Below, piece after piece: positions 15,331 to 21,567 of a stretch of 22,420 bases of DNA. Origin of the DNA: an uncultured Rickettsiales bacterium (GTDB lineage: Bacteria > Myxococcota_A > UBA796 > UBA9615 > CAYRNR01); the NCBI GenBank assembly GCA_964558555.1, contig CAZLEO010000158.1, positions 1 through 22,420 of the forward strand, read 5' to 3'. Positions within the stretch are counted from its first letter, which is position 1. The number at the start of each line of letters is the position of its first letter. The position numbers and the translations under genes are program-made. The notes under the pieces were generated by a model. It made no database searches, was not told the DNA's origin, and was given only the letters and a program-made list of their open reading frames with translations.

Positions 15331-16395
15331 TCAGGGGTTGTACTCGAACCAGTCCCCGTTGGCGATGAACAGGTCCACGGCGTCGAGGTCGATCTCGACG
15401 ACGTGGTAGCGCATGGGCTGGGCGTCGTCGCCCTCGCCGACCGTGGTCTGGAGCACGGAGTTGCCGGTGGAGTCGGTCATCATCACCGGGAAGCCGTGGA
15501 ACTCGTCGTGTACGAACCAGTGGCCGTGGCCGACGAACACGCCGAGGATCTGGTCGGCGTGTTGTTCCAGGACCGCGTAGATGGGATCGGTCCAGCCCTC
15601 GTATTCGGTGCCCTCGTACTTGGCGTAGCCGCCCTCGGCCCGGGGGACCTCGAAGGGCATGCCGGCGGAGAAGCCGGCGGTGACGGCGTTGTCCAGGGCC
15701 AGGGCGTGGTGGAAGAACAACACGGCGGGCGCTCCGTCGGAGAGCTGCTGCTCGAGCCAGGTCACCTGGTCGGGGCCGAAGGAGCCGACGCCCTCTGGGT
15801 TCCAGCCGGCGTCGGGGTGGGGCTGCATGGTGTTCAGACCGTAGAAGGCGACGCCGCGTAGATCGTGGCGAAACCACAGGCCGGGCAGGCCGAGGTGGTC
15901 CAGTAGCAGCTCCTCGCGGGCCGGGAGATCGTCGGTGAGGTCGTTGAGGATGCCGCCGCCGGAGATGTAGTAGTCGTGGTTGCCAAGGGCGGCCAGCCAG
16001 GGCACCTGGAGGTCGGCGAGCAGCTCCTCGGCGCGGTGCAAGGCCGTGTCGGAGGTGCCCTCGTAGTCGGCCGGTTCGTCGCTGGGAAGCTCGTCGATCA
16101 GGTCGCCGGTGAGCAGGACGAGCTCGACAGGTGGTTCCATGGCGTTGAGGATCTCGATGGTCTCGGCCATGGTCTGGTTGTTGGAGTGGTCGGCGTCCGG
16201 CTTGAGGTGCATGTCGGTGATGACGGCAAGACGCAGCACCTCTCCGCTGCCGCCGGGGGCGCTGTCGTCGTCGTCGCCGGTGGCTTCGCCGTCGCAGCCG
16301 CCGACGAGGCCCAGGGCACCACCGGGCAGCGCGAGGCCGCTCGCTCCGAGGATCTGGATGATTCGCCTGCGCGTGAGGGTTCTTCTGGGGGCCAT
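15331..16395 (-). CDS. Calcineurin-like metallophosphoesterase, Tat/lipoprotein-type signal
   Basis: GGAGGA RBS, then ATG 16395. The N-terminus is MAPRRTLTRRRIIQILGASGLALPGGALGLVGGC (RR motif plus lipobox), with the tether DGEATGDDDDS. Phosphoesterase motifs are present: LAVITDMH, GNHD, GHGH. Confidence 0.85.
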   Translation of the reverse strand: MAPRRTLTRRRIIQILGASGLALPGGALGLVGGCDGEATGDDDDSAPGGSGEVLRLAVITDMHLKPDADHSNNQTMAETIEILNAMEPPVELVLLTGDLIDELPSDEPADYEGTSDTALHRAEELLADLQVPWLAALGNHDYYISGGGILNDLTDDLPAREELLLDHLGLPGLWFRHDLRGVAFYGLNTMQPHPDAGWNPEGVGSFGPDQVTWLEQQLSDGAPAVLFFHHALALDNAVTAGFSAGMPFEVPRAEGGYAKYEGTEYEGWTDPIYAVLEQHADQILGVFVGHGHWFVHDEFHGFPVMMTDSTGNSVLQTTVGEGDDAQPMRYHVVEIDLDAVDLFIANGDWFEYNP

Positions 16396-16507
16396 GGCTC
16401 TGTCCTCCGGACGCGCTCAGACTAGGGCCGGGATCTCCCGGTCGTCAAGCCGCAGGGGCTGTTCGGGAGGGCGGTGAAACAAGAAAAGGCGCGGTGTCGG
16501 AACTTTT

Positions 16508-16538
16508 TTGTTGACACGTTGTCAGAGGGGGATATTCT
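16508..16538 (+). promoter_or_regulatory. Sigma70-like promoter (TTGACA-16nt-TATTCT) with an embedded TGACAcgtTGTCA palindrome
   Basis: TTGACA sits at 16511-16516 and TATTCT at 16533-16538. A perfect inverted repeat, TGACA-CGT-TGTCA, sits at 16512-16524 overlapping the -35. An A/T-rich tract (aacttttttg) lies upstream. No annotated gene is immediately downstream. Confidence 0.3.
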
Positions 16539-16887
16539 CTGGAGCGCAATGTGGACGAAACACTACGATGACGAGCCCGCCTTCATCGGCGGAGACCTGT
16601 TGGCCGGGGGCCCTCCCGTGTGACGGCTAGACCGTCGTGACCGGGAGCCCCCGCCGGCAGCCGCCAGCGGGGGCTTCGTCGTTCTGGAACACAAAATCGC
16701 CAAAGCGGGGCATTCCGTCAGGGGATAGGAGCGCCCGAAAGGTGTAACAGAAAATAGATTTGACAGCGTTGACGTCAGCCGGGCCCGCGGCGCGCCGGCC
16801 CCAACGTGAGCCGCCGGAAGGCGAGTACAACGGGGTTGGACCGTGCGCGTTCCGTCCAGGGGTTCCGAACCCGGAGAGGCCAACGAC

Positions 16888-16960
16888 GCCTGGATAGCTC
16901 AGCAGGTAGAGCACACGACTTGAGATCGTGAGGTCGAAGGTTCGATTCCTTCTCCAGACT
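16888..16960 (+). tRNA. tRNA gene of 73 nt with class-I cloverleaf, anticodon UGA and no encoded CCA. It is atypical (see findings).
   Basis: The manual fold is: acceptor gcctgga/tccagac, D-arm gctc-agcaggta-gagc, anticodon arm cacga-cttgaga-tcgtg, variable aggtc, and T-arm gaagg-ttcgatt-ccttc. This is a canonical TAGCTCAGCAGGTAGAGC / GGTTCGATTCC tRNA signature. Confidence 0.7.
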
Positions 16961-17313
16961 CCTACAACCAGGGGTCCCTTTACTGGCCTGATTAGCCAGG
17001 TTACCGAGGTCCGATGGGGGAGTCCCGCGCGTCCGGCCGGCCGTATTCGCAGCGGAGGTGCGCCGCGACCGATCTCCGATCGGGGACGGCGTGCCGAGGC
17101 CGCGGGTGCGGCAGCGGGGACGACGCCAGCAGCCTGCGGGATCCGTCCGCCCCAGCGGTCGCAATGGCGGTCGTGACAGCGGACGCACGTGGGCTCCGCG
17201 TCGACAACCGTGGCTGGATCCGCGGGTTCCCTCTGACGACCGCGGCGCCGGCTGGCGATTCGGAATTCATGGAGCGCAGTGCATGGGGCACTGCCAGGCA
17301 AGGAGGTGACGTC

Positions 17314-18417
17314 ATGTTCAAGCGTTACAAGGTTCTGCGGCACGAGTTCGGGCTGAAGTACGTCGAGGACGAGTTCGTCGGCGTGCTGATGCCGGGTGTG
17401 CACTGGTTCGTCGACCTCCTGGGACGCATCCGGGTGGACGTGGTGTCCGCGCGGGAGCCGTTCCTGGTACGGGAAGACAACGACGTGCTGGTCAAGTCCG
17501 GCGCGCTCGAGGGCGTGGCCCAGGTGATCGAGTTGACCGACCGCCAGCGTGCGCTGGTGTGGATCGACGGGCGCTTCGACCGTCTGCTGGTCCCGGGCCT
17601 GCACGTGATCCTGGATGGATTCCATCGCATCGAGGTGGAGCGGGTCGAACTCGACGGGGAGATCTTCGCCCACGCCGAGATCGAGCCGATCCTCGCGCGG
17701 CTCGTCCACAACCCGCACGGGCTGGACGTGTTCGCGGTCCAGGACGGCATTGTCGGCCTGGTGTACCTCGACGGCGTGCTGAAGCACGAGCTGGAGCCGG
17801 GACGCTACGCGTTCTGGCGCGGCGTCGGCATGCAGTCCCGCCACCTGGTGGACCTGCGCGAGACCTCCGTCGACGTCGGCGGCCAGGAGCTGATGACCGC
17901 GGACAAGGTCAGCCTGCGCATCAACGCCGTGGCGACCTACCGTGTCGTGGACGCGCGCCGCAGCGTGTCCGCGGTCTCCGACCTGCGCGGTGCCCTGTAC
18001 CGCGAGGCGCAGCTGGCGCTGCGCGCCGTGGTCGGAACCCGCGAGCTCGACGTGATCCTGAGCGACAAGGACGCCGTGGCGTCCGAGCTCGAGGCGGTCC
18101 TGAAGCAGCGCGCGGCCGACTACGGTGTCGCGCTGGTCTCCTTCGGCATCAAGGACGTGATCCTGCCGGGTGAGATGAAGGACCTGCTCAACCAGGTGAC
18201 CGAGGCGCGCAAGGCGGCCGAGGCCGCGGTGATCACTCGCCGCGAGGAGGTCGCCGCCATGCGCAGCCAGGCCAACAGCGCCCGGCTGCTGCGTGACAAC
18301 CCGACCCTGATGCGCCTGCGTGAGATCGAGGCGCTCGAGCGGGTCTCCACCCACGCCAAGCTCACCGTCGTACTCGGTGAGCAGGGCCTCGCCGATCGGG
18401 TGATCAACCTGGTGTGA
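17314..18417 (+). CDS. SPFH/Band-7 (stomatin/slipin-like) domain protein
   Basis: AAGGAGGTGA RBS, then ATG 17314. The C-terminal half has the Band-7 signature (LRINAVATYRVVD...ELDVILSDKDAVASELEAVLKQRAADYGVALVSFGIKDVILPGEMKDLLNQVTEARKAAEA). No TM helix is present. The ORF-track N-terminal extension (17014) is Arg/Gly-rich non-coding. Confidence 0.9.
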   Translation: MFKRYKVLRHEFGLKYVEDEFVGVLMPGVHWFVDLLGRIRVDVVSAREPFLVREDNDVLVKSGALEGVAQVIELTDRQRALVWIDGRFDRLLVPGLHVILDGFHRIEVERVELDGEIFAHAEIEPILARLVHNPHGLDVFAVQDGIVGLVYLDGVLKHELEPGRYAFWRGVGMQSRHLVDLRETSVDVGGQELMTADKVSLRINAVATYRVVDARRSVSAVSDLRGALYREAQLALRAVVGTRELDVILSDKDAVASELEAVLKQRAADYGVALVSFGIKDVILPGEMKDLLNQVTEARKAAEAAVITRREEVAAMRSQANSARLLRDNPTLMRLREIEALERVSTHAKLTVVLGEQGLADRVINLV

Positions 18418-18440
18418 CGCCAGTGACCCCGGTCAACTCG

Positions 18441-18480
18441 CAGGGGCAGCGCGGTTTCCGCGCTGCCCCTGTCTCGTTTG
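18441..18480 (+). terminator. Rho-independent terminator-like hairpin downstream of the SPFH gene
   Basis: A perfect 13-bp stem, caggggcagcgcg / cgcgctgcccctg, with a 4-5 nt loop (gttt c) lies 24 nt after the stop. It is followed by tctcgtttg, which is U-rich for a 70% GC genome. Confidence 0.6.
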
Positions 18481-18547
18481 TCGACGGTCGACGGTCGACG
18501 GTCGACGGTCGACGGTTTGGGTCGACGGTTGGGCGGTCGACGGTTTG
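18476..18547. repeat. Tandem heptamer repeat: GTCGACG x5 perfect plus 2 spaced degenerate copies
   Basis: The sequence reads gtttg(tcgacgg)x5 tttgg gtcgacgg ttgggcg gtcgacgg tttg. Each unit contains the palindrome GTCGAC. It lies between the SPFH terminator and the stop of the convergent gene at 18548. Confidence 0.85.
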
Positions 18548-19108
18548 CTAGTCCCAGCTGCGCTGGGTCTCGGGGGGGAGGAGCTTTTCGAGGTGGGCGG
18601 CGATGTCGCCGGTGGCGTCTGCCTCGAGGGTGACGCCCTCGACGTCGTGCAGGGTGATGCGGACGGGGCCGTCGGGATCGCCGAGGGATGGGGTGACGAT
18701 CATGCGGTAGACCGCCTCGGTCAGCACGGCGGTGACCTTCCCGGCTCGGTCGGCCTCGACGCGGTCGGGCCAGATGCGCAGCTCGCGGTGGGGTGGCCGG
18801 TAGCGCCGGCGGAAGTCGTGGCGGCTGAACACGGCACAGACGAGGCCGATGGATGTGAAGGTGGTGAGGGCCGAGGCCAGGGTGAGGCCGTAGGGCGCGC
18901 CGATGTGCTCGGAGAGCAACCAGAACGTGAACGCGAACCCCGCGAATCCGCCGACGCCCACGAGCACGATCGCCGACAGCACGTAGCCCCAGATCGTCAC
19001 GGGGTCGATCGTCGGAACGTGAGGTCTGTGGACGATGGGGTACGACGCGGACGCCGACGCGTCCGACCGATCGGGTAGTTCGTGCCAGTCCTTTCGGCGT
19101 TCGTCCAT
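18548..19108 (-). CDS. Membrane protein with two N-terminal TM helices and a soluble C-terminal domain (bacterial PH-domain-like)
   Basis: GAGGGGAA RBS, then ATG 19108. It has two hydrophobic helices (WGYVLSAIVLVGVGGFAGFAFTFWLL and LTLASALTTFTSIGLVCAVF) followed by a soluble domain of about 90 aa. The layout is YdbS/bPH_2-like, but the assignment is tentative. Confidence 0.65.
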   Translation of the reverse strand: MDERRKDWHELPDRSDASASASYPIVHRPHVPTIDPVTIWGYVLSAIVLVGVGGFAGFAFTFWLLSEHIGAPYGLTLASALTTFTSIGLVCAVFSRHDFRRRYRPPHRELRIWPDRVEADRAGKVTAVLTEAVYRMIVTPSLGDPDGPVRITLHDVEGVTLEADATGDIAAHLEKLLPPETQRSWD

Positions 19109-19219
19109 GGTTCCCCTCGGCGATCGAGTCTACCGCGAGCGCGCCACGTCCGCTTCTACTGCGCAGGGCCGCGTGAATTCCGCGCGCGCGGTGTTACCCT
19201 GGCCAGCGAGGAGGCCGAG

Positions 19220-20428
19220 ATGCCCCGGGTCTCGATCGGACTGTGGCCGCTGATCGTCGTCGCGGCGTTCGCCTGCTCCCCCGGCGAGGAGGGCGACGAC
19301 GACGACAGCGCCGTCGAGGACACGACGCCGGTGATCGGCGAGGCCATCGACGTGGTGCCGTCGGACGGGCTGCCGGCCGACGTGGAGCTGCAGGACGCGA
19401 ACAACAACCTGGACGTGGCGTGGTTCGGCGACCGGGTCTTCCTGGCGTTCCGCACGGCGCCCAGCCACTTCGCAGCCCCGGAGACGATGCTGTACGTCGT
19501 CAGCTCCACCGACCAGGAGACCTGGCGCTACGAGGGGTCGTTCTGGATGGAGACCGACCTGCGCGAGCCGCGCCTGCTGGCCGTGGAGGGCCGGCTGTTC
19601 CTCTACTACGCGGTCCTCGGGCAGTCCGCGGCCGACTTCGAACCCCAGGGCACCCTGGTCACCGAGTACCTCGGCGTGGACCAGTGGACCGAGCCGGAGT
19701 GGATCTTCGTCGAGGGGTTCATCCCGTGGCGGGCGCGGGTGATCGACGGCACGGCCTACCTCATCGGGTACGAGGGCGGCGCGGACATCTACGACTTCTC
19801 CGAGGGCACGGAGTTCGTGTACTGGTATCGCTCCGACGACGGGCTGAACTGGGAGCCGGTGGCGCCGGACCAGCCCATCGTGCACCAGGGGGGTGTGTCC
19901 GAGGCGGACTTCGCGTTCCTCGACGACGGGTCGGCCGTGATCGTGGGCCGCAACGAGCTGGGGGACGAGGACGGCTGGGGCTCGAAGATCTGCCGCGCCG
20001 AGGCGGGCGCCCTGGACGACTGGACCTGCGCCATCGATCCGAAGAAGTACGATTCTCCGCTGGTCTTCCGCGCCGGCGGCCGCGTGTGGCTCGTGGGTCG
20101 GCGCAACGTCACCGACACGGGCAACTACGACCTGTTCTACCGCGACCTCGAGCCGTCCCAGCAGACCCTGGAGTACCTGGTGGACTACTGGGTCCACCCC
20201 AAGCGGTGCTCCCTGTGGGAGGTGGACCCCGAAACGCTCGAGGTCCACTTCGTGCTCGACCTGCCTTCGTGCGGCGACACCTGCTTCGCGTCCGCCCTGC
20301 CCACCGAGGACGAGGGGCGTATGTGGATCTACAACTACACGTCGCCCCTGGACGACCTGGACATCTCCTGGCTCGACGGCCAGCTGGAGGAGACGTTGAT
20401 CTACCGCATCGAGCTGGCGATTCCATGA
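19220..20428 (+). CDS. Lipoprotein with Asp-box (BNR) motifs, a sialidase/glycosidase-like beta-propeller
   Basis: GCGAGGAGG RBS, then ATG 19220. The N-terminus MPRVSIGLWPLIVVAAFAC carries a lipobox. The tether is SPGEEGDDDDSAVED. Asp-box-like motifs are present: SSTDQETW and RSDDGLNWEP. Confidence 0.8.
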   Translation: MPRVSIGLWPLIVVAAFACSPGEEGDDDDSAVEDTTPVIGEAIDVVPSDGLPADVELQDANNNLDVAWFGDRVFLAFRTAPSHFAAPETMLYVVSSTDQETWRYEGSFWMETDLREPRLLAVEGRLFLYYAVLGQSAADFEPQGTLVTEYLGVDQWTEPEWIFVEGFIPWRARVIDGTAYLIGYEGGADIYDFSEGTEFVYWYRSDDGLNWEPVAPDQPIVHQGGVSEADFAFLDDGSAVIVGRNELGDEDGWGSKICRAEAGALDDWTCAIDPKKYDSPLVFRAGGRVWLVGRRNVTDTGNYDLFYRDLEPSQQTLEYLVDYWVHPKRCSLWEVDPETLEVHFVLDLPSCGDTCFASALPTEDEGRMWIYNYTSPLDDLDISWLDGQLEETLIYRIELAIP

Positions 20429-21567
20429 GCCGCACCTTCTTCGCCACGTGCGCGCTGGGCCTCGAGGAGGTCGTGCGCGACGAGCTGGTCGCCCTGGGGG
20501 CGGACAACGCCCGCGCGCTGCGCGGACGCGTGTCCTTCCACGGCTCCCTGTCGCTGGGGTATGCGGCGTGCCTGTGGCTGCGCTCGGCGAGCCGTGTGCA
20601 GGAGCAGCTGTTCCGCGACAGGCCGGCCGGGTCCCGTCAGCTCCTGTACGACGCGGTTCGCGCGTTCGACTGGGGGCCGCTGATCGAGCCGGACAACACC
20701 CTGGCGGTGAGCGCCTCGGTGCGCGACAGCCGTGCCACGGACACGCGGTTCGTGTCCCTGGTGACCAAGGACGCCATCGTCGATCAGATCCGCGACCGAT
20801 GCGGCAGCCGGCCGAACGTGGACGCCGACGACCCGCACATGCCCATCCGCGTGCTGGTCCACCGGGATCGCGCCACCGTGCTGCGCGACCTGTCCGGCGA
20901 CAGCCTGCACCGCCGTGGCTGGCGGCCGATCCAGGTCAAGAGCCCGCTGAACGAGGCCATCGCCGGGGGGCTGCTGCAGCTCACGGGCTGGACCGGGGAG
21001 GGCACGCTCGTGGACCCCATGTGCGGGTCGGGTACCTTCCTGGTGGAGGCGGCCCACCTGGCGCAGGACCGCGCGCCGGGGCTGAGGCGCCGGTTCGCCT
21101 TCGAGCAGTGTCCGGACCTGGAGCAGACGGAGTGGCGGCGGCTGCGAGACGAGGCCGAACAGCGGTACGCGGTGGGGCGCGAGCGGGAGGTGTCCATCGT
21201 CGGCAGCGACGCCCATCCGGGCGCCCTGGGGCTGGCGCGGCGCAGCCTCGAGGCGGCCCAGGTGCGGGACGCGGTCAAGGTGCGGCGCATGTCGGTCGAG
21301 CGCGCCGTGCTGGACGGCCCGCCGGCGCTCGTGGTCAGCAATCCCCCCTGGGGTCTGCGCCAGGAGAAGCAGGGCCTGAGGCAGACCTGGAGCCAGCTGG
21401 GGACCTTCCTCAAGACCCACTGCGGCGGCTCCACCGCCTACCTGCTGTCTGGAGAGCCGACCCTGACGCAGGTGCTCAAGCTGCGCGCGGCGCGCCGCCA
21501 CCCGGTGCGCATCGCACAGGTGGACTGCCGCTGGATCCGCTACGAGGTGCTGCCGCCGCGGGATTGA
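20425..21567 (+). CDS. THUMP-domain class I SAM-dependent RNA methyltransferase (RlmL/COG0116-like)
   Basis: ATG 20425 overlaps the upstream stop (ATGA). The N-terminus MSRTFFATCALGLEEVVRDELVALGA is the typical THUMP-methylase start. SAM motif I is DPMCGSGTFLVEAA. Motif IV is VVSNPPWG. Confidence 0.9.
   Translation: MSRTFFATCALGLEEVVRDELVALGADNARALRGRVSFHGSLSLGYAACLWLRSASRVQEQLFRDRPAGSRQLLYDAVRAFDWGPLIEPDNTLAVSASVRDSRATDTRFVSLVTKDAIVDQIRDRCGSRPNVDADDPHMPIRVLVHRDRATVLRDLSGDSLHRRGWRPIQVKSPLNEAIAGGLLQLTGWTGEGTLVDPMCGSGTFLVEAAHLAQDRAPGLRRRFAFEQCPDLEQTEWRRLRDEAEQRYAVGREREVSIVGSDAHPGALGLARRSLEAAQVRDAVKVRRMSVERAVLDGPPALVVSNPPWGLRQEKQGLRQTWSQLGTFLKTHCGGSTAYLLSGEPTLTQVLKLRAARRHPVRIAQVDCRWIRYEVLPPRD

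Noticed and set aside
16540-16880. RNase P RNA, SRP (4.5S) RNA or tmRNA in the gene-free structured region
   Set aside because: I could not find the P4 GGAAAGUCCGGGC / ACAGAAnCCGGCUUA motifs, the SRP domain-IV GGUCAGG...GGAAGCAGCC motif (only a loose GTCAGGGGATAGGAGCGCC resemblance), or a tmRNA tag reading frame and tRNA-like 3' end. It is therefore left as an unassigned candidate sRNA.
16627-18354. 575-aa minus-strand ORF, and the 17014 N-terminal extension of the SPFH ORF
   Set aside because: The minus ORF is antisense to the SPFH gene. The extension is Arg/Gly-rich, and a perfect AAGGAGGTGA RBS precedes ATG 17314.
18476-18547. Possible CRISPR array
   Set aside because: The repeat unit is only 7 bp, with no unique spacers of CRISPR size and no cas genes. 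It is a simple tandem heptamer repeat.
19243-20424. Upstream half of the 774-aa ORF 19243-21567, and minus ORFs 19130-20248 and 20401-21501
   Set aside because: These are out-of-frame or antisense overlaps of the BNR-lipoprotein and methyltransferase genes. The methyltransferase N-terminus at ATG 20425 matches the family's canonical start.
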